From Eledone cirrhosa (lineage: Eukaryota), in assembly GCA_964016885.1 (NCBI GenBank), contig OZ024753.1:8122001-8186000 (forward strand): 64,000 nucleotides of DNA, read 5' to 3'. The notes under the pieces were generated by a model, which saw only the letters and a list, made by a program, of their open reading frames with translations, ran no database searches and was not told the origin of the DNA. Below, in pieces: positions 25,515 to 39,933 of this stretch (position 1 is the first letter of the stretch; each line of letters opens with the position of its first letter). Made by a program: the position numbers and the translations under genes.

Positions 25515-27112
25515 TTGTTGTGAAATAATTGTTTCTACTTTAGGGACAAGGCCAGCAATTACCCCAGTGTATTACTGGTACTTTATTTTATCGACCCCGT
25601 AAGGATGAAAGGCAAAGTTAACCTCGGCGGGATTTGAACTCAGAATGGCAAGGGCCGTAACTCTATGCGTCAAAGCATGGCGTCCGACCCTCTACCGATA
25701 CTGCCAACCCACCGCCATCGTTGTTGTGAAATAATTGTTTCTACTTTAGGCACAAGGCCAGCAATTACCCCAGTGTATTACTGGTACTTTATTTTATCGA
25801 CCCCGTAAGGATGAAAGGCAAAGTTAACCTCGGCGGGATTTGAACTCAGAATGGCAAGGGCCGTAACTCTATGCGTCAAAGCATGGCGTCCGACCCTCTA
25901 CCGATACTGCCAACCCACCGCCATCGTTGTTGTGAAATAATTGTTTCTACTTTAGGCACAAGGCCAGCAATTACCCCAGTGTATTACTGGTACTTTATTT
26001 TATCGACCCCGTAAGGATGAAAGGCAAAGTTAACCTCGGCGGGATTTGAACTCAGAATGGCAAGGGCCGTAACTCTATGCGTCAAAGCATGGCGTCCGAC
26101 CCTCTACCGATACTGCCAACCCACCGCCATCGTTGTTGTGAAATAATTGTTTCTACTTTAGGCACAAGGCCAGCAATTACCCCAGTGTATTACTGGTACT
26201 TTATTTTATCGACCCCGTAAGGATGAAAGGCAAAGTTAACCTCGGCGGGATTTGAACTCAGAATGGCAAGGGCCGTAACTCTATGCGTCAAAGCATGGCG
26301 TCCGACCCTCTACCGATACTGCCAACCCACCGCCATCGTTGTTGTGAAATAATTGTTTCTACTTTAGGCACAAGGCCAGCAATTACCCCAGTGTATTACT
26401 GGTACTTTATTTTATCGACCCCGTAAGGATGAAAGGCAAAGTTAACCTCGGCGGGATTTGAACTCAGAATGGCAAGGGCCGTAACTCTATGCGTCAAAGC
26501 ATGGCGTCCGACCCTCTACCGATACTGCCAACCCACCGCCATCGTTGTTGTGAAATAATTGTTTCTACTTTAGGCACAAGGCCAGCAATTACCCCAGTGT
26601 ATTACTGGTACTTTATTTTATCGACCCCGTAAGGATGAAAGGCAAAGTTAACCTCGGCGGGATTTGAACTCAGAATGGCAAGGGCCGTAACTCTATGCGT
26701 CAAAGCATGGCGTCCGACCCTCTACCGATACTGCCAACCCACCGCCGTCGTTGTTGTGAAATAATTGTTTCTATTTTTGGCACAAGACCAGCAATTACCC
26801 CAGTGCATTACTGGTACTTTATTTTATCGACCCCGTAAGGATGAAAGGCAAAGTTAACCTCGGCGGGATTTGAACTCAGAATGGCAAGGGCCGTAACTCT
26901 ATGCGTCAAAGCATGGCGTCCGACCCTCTACCGATACTGCCAACCCACCGCCGTCGTTGTTGTGAAATAATTGTTTCTATTTTTGGCACAAGACCAGCAA
27001 TTACCCCAGTGCATTACTGGTACTTTATTTTATCGACCCCCGTAAGGATGAAAGGCAAAGTCAACCTTGGCGGGATTTGAACTCAGATCGTAAAGGGACA
27101 TAACTATGCTGG
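25515..27112 (-). repeat. Tandem array of family A SINE, 206-bp unit, 7 full copies + 1 partial
   Basis: TGAAATAATTG recurs at 25521, 25727, 25933, 26139, 26345, 26551, 26757, 26963; a separate diverged SINE precedes it at 25279-25470. Confidence 0.97.
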
Positions 27113-27240
27113 ATTTTTTGCTTTAATATCATTGATTGCAGAGTTAACGATAATTAGACTGGTACGGTTCTGTTTGTTGTTGTCTTTAATGTTGGAGGAA
27201 GGGAGTGTTGTGGAATACTGTTTCAGATAATTCTAGAATG

Positions 27241-30200
27241 TCACAGACACACATGGAGACACACAGACACATGTATACACGGTGGGACATGGTGGGACAT
27301 GGACACAGACAGATGTATACATGGTGGGACATGGACACAGACACACAGACAGGCATATACATGGTGGGACATGGTGGGACATGGTGGGACATGGACACAG
27401 ACAGATGTATACATGGTGGGACATGGACACAGACACACAGACAGACATATACATGGTGGGACATGGACACAGACAGATGTATACATGGTGGGACATGGAC
27501 ACAGACACACAGAGGCAGATGTATACATGGTGGGACATGGACACAGACACACAGAGACAGATGTATACATGGTGGGACATGGACACAGACACACAGAGAC
27601 AGATGTATACATGGTGGGACATGGACACAGAGACAGATGTATACATGGTGGGACATGGACACAGAGACAGATGTATACATGGTGGGACATGGTGGGACAT
27701 GGACACAGACAGATGTATACATGGTGGGACATGGACACAGACACACAGACAGACATATACATGGTGGGACATGGTGGGACATGGACACAGACAGATGTAT
27801 ACATGGTGGGACATGGACACAGACACACAGAGACAGATGTATACATGGTGGGACATGGACACAGACAGATGTATACATGGTGGGACATGGACACAGAGAC
27901 AGATGTATACATGGTGGGACATGGTGGGACATGGACACAGACAGATGTATACATGGTGGGACATGGACACAGACACACAGAGGCAGATGTATACATGGTG
28001 GGACATGGACACAGACACACAGAGACAGATGTATACATGGTGGGACATGGACACAGACACACAGACAGACATATACATGGTGGGACATGGTGGGACATGG
28101 ACACAGACAGATGTATACATGGTGGGACATGGACACAGACACACAGACAGACATATACATGGTGGGACATGGTGGGACATGGACACAGACAGATGTATAC
28201 ATGGTGGGACATGGACACAGACACACAGAGGCAGATGTATACATGGTGGGACATGGACACAGACACACAGACAGACATATACATGGTGGGACATGGTGGG
28301 ACATGGACACAGACAGATGTATACATGGTGGGACATGGACACAGACACACATACAGATGTATACATGGTGGGACATGGACACAGACACACATACAGATGT
28401 ATACATGGTGGGACATGGACACAGACACACAGAGACAGATGTATACATGGTGGGACATGGACACAGACACACAGACAGACATATACATGGTGGGACATGG
28501 ACACACAGAGACAGATGTATACATGGTGGGACATGGACACAGACAGATGTATACATGGTGGGACATGGACACAGACACACAGACAGATGTATACATGGTG
28601 GGACATGGACACACAGAGACAGATGTATACATGGTGGGACATGGACACAGAGACAGATGTATGCATGGTGGGACATGGACACAGAGACAGATGTATACAT
28701 GGTGGGACATGGACACAGAGACAGATGTATACATGGTGGGACATGGACACAGAGACAGATGTATGCATGGTGGGACATGGACACAGACAGATGTATACAT
28801 GGTGGGACATGGACACAGACACACAGACAGATGTATACATGGTGGGACATGGACACAGAGACAGATGTATGCATGGTGGGACATGGACACAGAGACAGAT
28901 GTATACATGGTGGGACATGGACACAGAGACAGATGTATACATGGTGGGACATGGACACAGAGACAGATGTATGCATGGTGGGACATGGACACAGACAGAC
29001 GTATACATGGTGGGACATGGACACAGACACACAGAGACAGATGTATACATGGTGGGACATGGACACAGAGACAGATGTATACATGGTGGGACATGGACAC
29101 AGAGACAGATGTATACATGGTGGGACATGGACACAGACAGACGTATACATGGTGGGACATGGACACAGACACACAGAGACAGATGTATACATGGTGGGAC
29201 ATGGACACAGACAGATGTATGCATGGTGGGACATGGACACAGACAGATGTATACATGGTGGGACATGGACACAGACAGATGTATGCATGGTGGGACATGG
29301 ACACAGACAGATGTATACATGGTGGGACATGGACACAGACACACAGACAGATGTATACATGGTGGGACATGGACACACAGAGACAGATGTATACATGGTG
29401 GGACATGGACACAGACAGATGTATACATGGTGGGACATGGACACAGACACACAGACAGATGTATACATGGTGGGACATGGACACACAGAGACAGATGTAT
29501 ACATGGTGGGACATGGACACAGAGACAGATGTATGCATGGTGGGACATGGACACAGACAGACGTATACATGGTGGGACATGGACACACAGAGACAGATGT
29601 ATACATGGTGGGACATGGACACAGACAGATGTATACATGGTGGGACATGGACACAGACACACAGACAGATGTATACATGGTGGGACATGGACACACAGAG
29701 ACAGATGTATACATGGTGGGACATGGACACAGAGACAGATGTATACATGGTGGGACATGAACACAGACAGATGTATACATGGTGGGACATGGACACAGAG
29801 ACAGATGTATGCATGGTGGGACATGGACACAGAGACAGATGTATACATGGTGGGACATGGACACAGACACACATACAGATGTATACATGGTGGGACATGG
29901 ACACAGACACACATACAGATGTATACATGGTGGGACATGGACACAGACACAGAGACAGATGTATACATGGTGGGACATGGACACAGACACAGAGACAGAT
30001 GTATGCATGGTGGGACATGGACACAGAGACAGATGTATGCATGGTGGGACATGGACACAGAGACAGATGTATGCATGGTGGGACATGGACACAGAGACAG
30101 ATGTATACATGGTGGGACATGGACACAGAGACAGATGTATGCATGGTGGGACATGGACACAGAGACAGATGTATACATGGTGGGACATGGACACAGAGAC

Positions 30201-31760
30201 AGATGTATACATGGTGGGACATGGACACAGAGACAGATGTATGCATGGTGGGACATGGACACAGAGACAGATGTATACATGGTGGGACATGGACACAGAG
30301 ACAGATGTATGCATGGTGGGACATGGACACAGAGACAGATGTATACATGGTGGGACATGGACACAGAGACAGATGTATGCATGGTGGGACATGGACACAG
30401 AGACAGATGTATGCATGGTGGGACATGGACACAGAGACAGATGTATACATGGTGGGACATGGACACAGAGACAGATGTATACATGGTGGGACATGGACAC
30501 AGAGACAGATGTATACATGGTGGGACATGGACACAGAGACAGATGTATACATGGTGGGACATGGACACAGAGACAGATGTATGCATGGTGGGACATGGAC
30601 ACAGAGACAGATGTATACATGGTGGGACATGGACACAGACAGACGTATACATGGTGGGACATGGACACAGACAGACGTATACATGGTGGGACATGGACAC
30701 AGACACACAGACAGATGTATACATGGTGGGACATGGACACAGACACAGATGTATACATGGTGGGACATGGACACAGACAGAGGTATACATGGTGGGACAT
30801 GGACACAGACACACAGACAGATGTATACATGGTGGGACATGGACACAGAGACAGATGTATACATGGTGGGACATGGACACAGACAGACGTATACATGGTG
30901 GGACATGGACACACAGAGACAGATGTATACATGGTGGGACATGGACACAGACACACAGACAGATGTATACATGGTGGGACATGGACACAGAGACAGATGT
31001 ATACATGGTGGGACATGGACACAGAGACAGATGTATGCATGGTGGGACATGGACACAGAGACAGATGTATACATGGTGGGACATGGACACAGAGACAGAT
31101 GTATACATGGTGGGACATGGACACAGACACACAGACAGATGTATACATGGTGGGACATGGACACAGAGACAGATGTATACATGGTGGGACATGGACACAG
31201 AGACAGATGTATACATGGTGGGACATGGACACAGACAGACGTATACATGGTGGGACATGGACACAGACAGACGTATACATGGTGGGACATGGACACAGAC
31301 ACACAGACAGATGTATACATGGTGGGACATGGACACAGACACAGATGTATACATGGTGGGACATGGACACAGACACACAGACAGATGTATACATGGTGGG
31401 ACATGGACACAGAGACAGATGTATACATGGTGGGACATGGACACAGAGACAGATGTATACATGGTGGGACATGGACACAGACAGATGTATACATGGTGGG
31501 ACATGGACACAGACAGACGTATACATGGTGGGACATGGACACAGACACACAGACAGATGTATACATGGTGGGACATGGACACACAGAGACAGATGTATAC
31601 ATGGTGGGACATGGACACAGAGACAGACGTATACATGGTGGGACATGGACACAGACAGACGTATACATGGTGGGACATGGACACAGACACACAGACAGAT
31701 GTATACATGGTGGGACATGGACACAGACAGATGTATACATGGTGGGACTTGGACACACAT
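27241..31760. repeat. 4.5-kb variant minisatellite, 32-52-bp units
   Basis: Core ACATGGTGGGACATGGACAC(AG/AC)nAGATGTAT; decays into related ATAGATGGAC(AC)n units up to about 32310. Confidence 0.98.
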
Positions 31761-32269
31761 GTATACATGTATAGATGAACACACACATATACACATACAT
31801 GTATACATCTATAGATGGAGACACACACATACGTATACATGTATAGATGGACACACACGCACACACACATACATGTACAGATGGACACACACACACATAT
31901 ACAAGTATTGATGGACACAAACATACACACACATACATGTATGGATGGACATGGACATTCACACACATACATATTATAGATTGTATAGCTGGACACACAC
32001 ACACAAACACGCACACACACATATACATGTATAGATGGACACACAAACACACACACACATATCCATATATAGATGGACAAACACACACACACATCCATGT
32101 ATAGACGGACACATATGCACACACATATCCATATATAGATGGACACATGCACACACACACATATATATACAAGTATAGATGGACACAAACATACACACAC
32201 ACACACACACATATACATGTATGGACACTCACACACATACATGTATATAGAATGTATAGATGGACGGGG

Positions 32270-32300
<31 letters not shown>

Positions 32301-32647
32301 TGGATGGTCACACACATACATATATATCTTTCTAAGAATTAAAGAGATAAATTGAGGAAGAGATATAGAAGAATTGACCCCAGCACTCGACTGGTACTTA
32401 TCATTTTTGATCTCAAAAGCATAAAAGACAAAGTTTGACCTTGCCTTGACAAAATTGACCTTTCAAAGTTGACCTTGACAAGGTGAACCATGACAAAGTT
32501 GACCTTGACAGAATGTTAACTCAGAACGCAGAGATCCAGCAACATTCTGCAAAGCTTTCTATTCTATGTTCTAACAACTCTGCCAATTCATTACCCTTTA
32601 GTTCCTTTAGTGAAGGTTAACCCTTTACCTCCTTTAGTGAAGGTTAA

Positions 32648-33034
32648 CCCTTTACCTGGCAGTATCGGTAGAGGGTCGGACGCCATGCTTTGACACATAG
32701 AGTTATGGTCCTTGCCATTCTGAGTTCAAATCCCGCCGAGGTTAACTTTGCCTTTCATCCTGTGGGGTCGATAAAATAAAGTACCAGTAATGCACTGGGA
32801 TAATTGCTTGCCTTGTGCCAAAAGTAGAAACAATTATTCTACATATACTATTGTAGTTTCACAGTAAAGGTTTTATCTCACATAATTATCTCACATAATA
32901 TCAAATCTATGAGATTTTGATATTATTTATTTTGAGAATGATACCTTAACATATGTATTAGATACCGGTTACAGCTGGTTTGAACAGAAAGAGGTGAGAG
33001 AATTCTGGCCGGATTGAACCGGTTTAAATACTAT
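32648..33034 (+). mobile_element. piggyBac-like MITE interrupted by a family A SINE (32657-32837)
   Basis: TTAA|CCCTTTA start; interior matches 19093-19313; 27-bp duplication of the left junction at 32603-32657. Confidence 0.75.
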
Positions 33035-34011
33035 AAAGAGCTAAAGTGACATTTATTTGAGATATATAGCAATGTATCACCTTCTTACCTAAATTAGCCT
33101 GTTTGTTTTCATAGAATCACATTGTGAAAGAAAATAGTTACGAAAGATTATATACTTTGCTATCTTTATGTGTAAAATGTTCTTATAATTTTTACCAGTT
33201 TTTGAAACGATAGAATACAAATTAGAAAATTTAGAAATAAAAATCTTACGTGAAGGCTTCTAGGAATTTAGATTATCAGTTTTCTTTTAGTTTAATATAT
33301 AATCCTTCTTTTCTTTTTATTTCAAATAAAATCAGATTTATGTGGTGTAGTCACAAAGTAAACTTCAATCTTGAATCGGAAATTGATATCATCTAATTGG
33401 TAGAAAGGCAAAGTTAGAATGATACCACATAAAGAAATAAGTATATATGGGAGATGGATGTTAAACGAGGATGATGATGATGATGAAATTAGACATATAC
33501 AGGAATCATAGTATATGTAAAAAGAAATGTTAAAAATATTATACTGTATATCCAATTGACGTATGTAATAGACAAGGAATAAATGTTTGGTCAGTCATAG
33601 TGAAGCTGGAATTAATGATGAAAGAATAGGTAAAAAAAATGAAGAGGATTTATTGTTGGTGAGGGGATAACAATTAAGAAACCTGAGACTTACAAAATAA
33701 CAAGATACCGAAAACTTTTTTTTTTGATTTTGTCTATGTTAGGGTATTACATTCTAAAGCTGAAATAATATATTTTTACTATTTCATAGAATTTGTTTCT
33801 TTTTATGTTTAATTAAAGAAGGATTGGTTATATTTATTCCTTTTTTCAGTGTTATCTCTGAGATTCTACTAAAGGCATTCAACATTCAGGTGCTGGTGTT
33901 GACAGGAGCAATATATTAGATCTACTATCAACTATCCTTCAAATCAGTAAATTGAAAAACAAAAGAGTAGCTATATTTTAAATGAAGGCATTGGTTAAAA
34001 ATTACCATCAT

Positions 34012-34283
34012 TGGTACAGACATGTTCAGCGAGCCACGTCATACATCAACTCCATCACTCACTTGGTAATCCCTTGCACTAGAGATCGCGGCAGACCAAG
34101 GAAGACATGGTTCGAGTGCGTGAAGAGTGATTTGTATAATTAGAACTTGGCCGATGTCGATACTATGGACAGAAATTCATGGAGAGCGGCTGTGAGACAT
34201 TGCTTGGTGTTGCCTACTTTGGAGTCCGGGACAACAGCAGCACCCTAAAGACCAAAACTGGATATGGATGGATGGATGGATGA
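34012..34283 (+). mobile_element. RTE LINE 3' fragment with (GGAT)n tail
   Basis: WYRHVQRA...RGRPRKTWFECVKSDL...MDRNSWRAAVRHC, with one in-frame stop. Confidence 0.85.
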
Positions 34284-35275
34284 TATTGGTAACCCTGAAA
34301 TAGATGGAACAGTAAAAAATCTTAAATAAGATCTTTGAGGATAATTTAAACTGAATATTATAACTGCTATTCAAGAAGATATTAAAAATTACAGCCAACA
34401 TAAGAAGACTGAGAAAAAAAAATGGTGGTCTTGTGATTAGGATGTTGAATTCATTAATGATTATAAGGTTGTGGGTTCAATTTATTGACTGAGTGGCATA
34501 TTGTATTTTTGAACAAAATGCTACATTTTATTCTGTTCCCTTTGCCATGCGACTGGGAGATAGTATCAGAAAAAAGAACAATGGAAATGTTTCCTTGGTC
34601 TGACCTAAGTATCAGCTCCTTTGCTTTCCTTTCTTTTGCATTTTGAGGAGATAAACTCCTCCGAATTACCAAAGGTCACATGAGAACAATAACCTAGTTC
34701 TAGATTCATTTTATTAGCTGATGAAAGATAAATCTATCTCTGCATACAATACTAGTCTATTATATGTAGCATTATCAAAGGATTTGGTATCTATTAACAC
34801 CATAAAAAATGAAGCAATATAAAATGGTTTCTTTCTTTTTTTTTTTTTTTGTTTTCCTCAAAGACTTCAAAATGATAAGATTTGTAGACTGGTGATCTTT
34901 TCCACTGAACAATTTCACCTTTACAATAAAAAATAGTTGAATTAACACTTAAACCGTGAAATATAATTTTACCAATGTGTAGTTTTCTTAATTATTATAA
35001 TTAGTTCAAATTTCTTTCCCTAAACAGAAATTAAATGTATGAAATTCCAATCAGTTTTTCTTCAAGTCATGTGACCGCTTTTGATATGGACCAATCCAAG
35101 TCCTCTTTTGGTATAAACCTGATCAAGTCCCATTTTGATATTAAACAAAGTCATCTTTTTGATTCTACAAAACAAAACCATCAATTTTAAATGGTTCTTA
35201 CTTAAATGAAAATTTTCGAACATAAATTTTACATTATATTACAAATATCCAGATACCCATCTTTACAACAAAACA

Positions 35276-35512
35276 ATCATTATCATTATCATCATCATCA
35301 TCATTTTGCATCCGCTTTTCCCTGCTTGCAAGGGTAGGACAGGTCCTATTCAGCACAGCTTTTCTCCATTCGCCACGGTCCTTCGTCATCTCCTTCATGA
35401 GCTTCAGCGATCTGAGGTCAGCTCTCACCACCTCCGCCCATGATTTTCATGGTCTTTCTCTACTGCGTCTTCATTCCACTGGGATTTCTTGGCACTTCTT
35501 TACCCAGCGGTT
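35276..35512 (-). mobile_element. RTE LINE 3' fragment, likely partner of SINE family B
   Basis: RWVKKCQEIPVE*RRSRERP*KSWAEVVRADLRSLKLMKEMTKDRGEWR; ends CCCTTGCAAGCAGGGAAAAGCGGATGCAAAATGATGAT, matching the SINE B tail. Confidence 0.88.
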
Positions 35513-38500
35513 ATTTTAGTAATTCCCTCACAATTCTCTCCTAATTAATTTAAATGCAGTTTATTTTATTTTGGTTAAACATCTGATTCAAGTTCAAAGC
35601 ATTCCCCACAAATACAGTTTAATTCCCAACAGTTTATATATAAGTTATCAGTTTTATTAAGTTTATTTCATTAGATATATGGTTACACTCTTGGGTTAAA
35701 CATTTAACTGAAGTTTTAAACATTCACCATAAAGCTAATGTTGCTTTTGTTTGGTTGGATAAGTAAAAACTTTGTAAAGTATTAAATAAATGCTACATAA
35801 AAAAAAATCAAAAAAATCACCAAGTGATTTTTTTTCCACCCACTAAAATAGTAATGTACTTACATGACCACTAGCTAACAGCTGAGTGCAATATCCTGAT
35901 CATAAACAAATACCATATTTGATTGTTGTTGTATGGTCAATATCATTAATGTTGTTTTTGTTATTTTCATCAACACCACATAGGTTTTATGTCATCTGCC
36001 AAAGAATAGTACTGATATCCGCTGCACTGGTGTATGTAATAATTCTGTTAATGCATTTAAATTGTTTTGGCAACAATTATATATATAAGACAACGTTACA
36101 AAAGTAGTCCATGTGTAAATATCATAAAGCTGTGATCAAGAACTATAGTACCTCCCACGCCGAGAAGAAAAAATCTCAATTTATGTTCATTATTTCAATA
36201 TATAACAGAGAATGTATAGTGTTTGCAGTAGCTCTACATTCTATGGCCTGAAATATTGTAGTGTAAATGACTGTGTTTTGATAATAGCTTTCCAGCCACA
36301 AGCAAAAGTTGGCGAAGCCTGTTGAGTACTATCGATTGTTCTAGCATGAATAGATCTAAGAAAATCAACAATCTATTTACATAACACAGCAGGCAATGAA
36401 ACCAATGCCTTCAAATTAGATGCATGCTTTGACTTTAAAACAATATGGGGGAAAGTTTGGGGTGGATGTGTATGTATGTGTGTGTTAGATAGAGAAGGAC
36501 AGAGAGTGAGAGAGTGTAGGGGAGGAGAGAAAAATGTGATATAATAGTGATGTAATGTAGCTTTACAAGGCATTCAACCATTAAGCTAGGTTTTATTACC
36601 ATTATAGTAGAGTTACACAGTTTCTGTATGAATAAAAGGCTCGGCCCAACTCTTTGTAGATGGTTTGGGAGAGGTTTTATTTTACTGTAGACATTCTATT
36701 GTCATCTTTGATCTAGAACCTAGCTCTGCTTGCCTTAATCTCTCTAGCAGGAAATTAAATAAATAAAAGGTGAGTTCAAAGGTTCCCTATTGGACAGTCA
36801 GTTAATGAGATATGTAGTTGAGAAATTTAGTTGGTGAAGTTTCAATTCTCTCAAACTAAACTCAAAAGGGTGGTGTGAATAGTCAGAGTCATTATGGTGT
36901 CGGATGAGACATCTCTTGGTATTTGTTCCAGCTTACAGCACTTTGAGTTCAAATCCTACTGAGGCGAAGTTTGCCTTTCATCTTTTCAAGGTTGATAAGT
37001 AAAGTATCAGTCCAGTATTGAGTGCTTTCTCTCTGGAAGAAATTGGCTGTGTTCCAACTAGGAGAGGGATGGGCTGTGTCAGTTTTAACCTTTTCATAAC
37101 AGCATTTCTAATGAAATAAAGTCTATATTAATTAATTAATTAAATATTTTGAGGGACTTAGTACAATTATTAAGATTTCACTGCTCTAGCATCACTTCTT
37201 CATAGGCAAACCAAGATACTCTCATGGAATGATCAAATGAGGTTTATTTTTCACCATAGTCTCTGAAAAGAAACAATCCAGTTATTAAATAGAAGAATTG
37301 AAATTAATGCATGCAAGATTTCACAGCCCTAGCATTATTTCTTCATAGTCAGCCTTTGAACTATTATGTACATGCATAATAATGTACAATTATCCATTGG
37401 AGTTTTCATATAACAATGAAGATTGTATGATTCTATTTTCATTAAAAAACTGTCCTATCTATGCAAGTGTGGAAAAAATGGACGTAAAAAGCGAGGAAGA
37501 TGGACATTAAATTATGATGAGGGAGAGGATGACTGCCACATAACAATTGCATGGTGTGTGTGTGTGTGTACACGTACTTTTGAGCAGCGTGATACACTGT
37601 GTGTTAAAGTCAGAAAACATTTCTTTCTCAGAATGATTCCAGTTAGAATTTCCATTCTAAAACAATACCAAATACAACTTGCATCACAAATCACAATCAC
37701 TTTGAATAATTTTTATTCAGAAATGCATTTTTCCCCACAACATTCTAACACTCCTCTCACTCTTTGTGTTGTTTTATAATGTTTTTTTTTTAATAGCCTT
37801 CTTTAAAATAATTATTTCCTTTATTTATTTATTTATTTTTTCATTTATTCTCTTTTTTTTTCACCTGGAGGGCCTTTTATCACAGCATTCATTACAAGAA
37901 CAGAGCAAAGAATGTGTGCTAGGATTTGACTTTAAATTTCATAATTATATTCTGTTTATGGCATTCTTAGTTGGAGATTAATCCTAAGGCTAGCAATCAT
38001 CTGTCATCGTAAGACTAATAAATGACTAATTAATGTCAAGAATTCGATTCAAATTAAAACAAATATTAATTGTGGCGCTTAGCATTCAATATGATTTTTA
38101 TCCCCCGCCATTCAACCACACCATATTTTTTTTTCAATATTTTTCTATCGTATTGTTTGATTTGATTATTCTAAAAAATTTCATTATTTTTTTTTGTATT
38201 TGATATACTCAAACACATGTGCATGCATGCATATGTGCACACACACACGTACACATGCACACACAAACATACATGTATGTAACAACATCATCATCAACAT
38301 CATTTTACTTTCACCTTCCACACTGATTTGGATTGGTTAGGTTGTTAGGGTTGGGATCAGATCATATTTGATGTCTATTTTCCACGCTAGAATGGGTTAG
38401 ACGGGTTTGTCTCATTTGAGGCAAGTTGGGTCGGGTGATCATAACCTTGTTTCTGGCTAGAGTTTTACGGCTGGATGCCCTTCCTAATGCCAACCACATT

Positions 38501-38550
38501 TACAGTGTGTGCTGGATGCTTTTTACCATGTATCGTACATGACCACTTTA

Positions 38551-38740
38551 ATAATTGTTTCTACTTTTGTCACAAGGCCAGAAATTACCCCAATGCATTA
38601 CTGGTACTTTATTTTATCGACCCCGTAAGGATGAAAGGCAAAGTTAACCTCGGTGGGATTTGAACTCAGAACACAAAGGGCCATAACTCTATGCTGTAAA
38701 ACATGGTGTCTAATGCTCTGCCGATACTGCCAATTCACTA
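38551..38740 (-). mobile_element. SINE family A adjoining an RTE-tailed SINE relic (38286-38550)
   Basis: Reverse-complement family match. Confidence 0.8.
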
Positions 38741-39326
38741 CTTTAATAATATCAGGTTATTTCCTATTTCTGTATTTTAACACCAATACACACCAACTAC
38801 TTCATACATATATAGAAAAAATAGCACACACACCTACAAGAATCCATGCCATATAAATTCCCTTTTTAGATACAAATTTTGAATAACATCATATTAAACC
38901 TTATTTTTTTTTTCTAAAATATTTTCACTGCTCTGTTTAAATTCTGCTCCAATCTAGAATGTTCTATTTTGTCATCATAACGTTTTCCTGTTGGCAGAGT
39001 AGGAAATTGAAATTGTGTTGTTGTAATCTAACTTATCTTAAAGGTAATAATATTAATTATAACTAATATATTAATTAACTGCTATTCATTCTTTTTATCA
39101 TAATTTCCTTTAGAATTTGATATACAAAAATATGGCTTTAAGGAAGAGAATGTTTCATTATGTGAACATGACATAGCTATCAATAAAGTTTAACATCTCC
39201 CTAACCATATTTTAATGAAATACTCTGTTTCAATTAATTAATGAAGAATTTTGAGGGATTTACTAAAACTATTATTATATAACTAAGTGTGTTTGTTTTT
39301 GAAACAGCGAGTGAGTTTGAAATTAG

Positions 39327-39526
39327 AAATAGGAGCTTTCACCATATTTTTTACTAAAGATATTTTAGCCTGATTGTGGGGTTTAAATCCCTCTCAGAAA
39401 TGGAAAAAGATCAGTATTGACATACATGTGCGTCAATACTCATCTTTTTCCATTTCTGAGAGGGTTCTAAATCCCACAATCAGGCTAAAATTTCTTTAAT
39501 CAAAAATACAGCGAAAGATTCTACTT
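39327..39526. repeat. Long imperfect inverted repeat (~95-bp arms, ~10-nt loop)
   Basis: TTTTAGCCTGATTGTGGG...CCCTCTCAGAAATGGAAAAAGATCAGTATTGAC / GTCAATACTCATCTTTTTCCATTTCTGAGAGGG...CCCACAATCAGGCTAAAA. Confidence 0.9.
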
Positions 39527-39933
39527 ATATTACTAAGATAATAACATATGGTTATTATATACTTGCTACTATGCAGGATTGCACTCATTATCCACTCAAT
39601 TTACTTATCATAGAAAGATATTCATCATACAATCTACCTTTTGTTCATCAAAGACAAAACACCTCTGCTGTCAGTTTTTTTTTTCTTTATACATATCATC
39701 ATCATCATCATAGATTAATATCTATCTTCCATGATAGCATGGGTTAGCCGGGTTTGTCCCATTTAGAGGCAAGTTGGGTCGGATGACTGTGTCTTGTTCA
39801 TATAGTAGAGTTTCAAGCTGGTTTTCTACGGCTGGATGCCCTTCCTAATGCCAACCACATTGACAGCGTGTGCAGGGTGCTTTTTGCCGTGTCTTTTACA
39901 TGTCCACTTTATAGTGTGGATTGGGATATATAT

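Noticed and set aside
27241-31760. CRISPR-like repeat-spacer appearance
   Set aside because: Intervening parts are low-complexity variants of each other rather than unique spacers; eukaryotic context and no cas genes.
27186-32317. 700-1700-aa ORFs in all six frames
   Set aside because: Products of a stop-free minisatellite whose unit lengths are not multiples of three; no frame is favoured.
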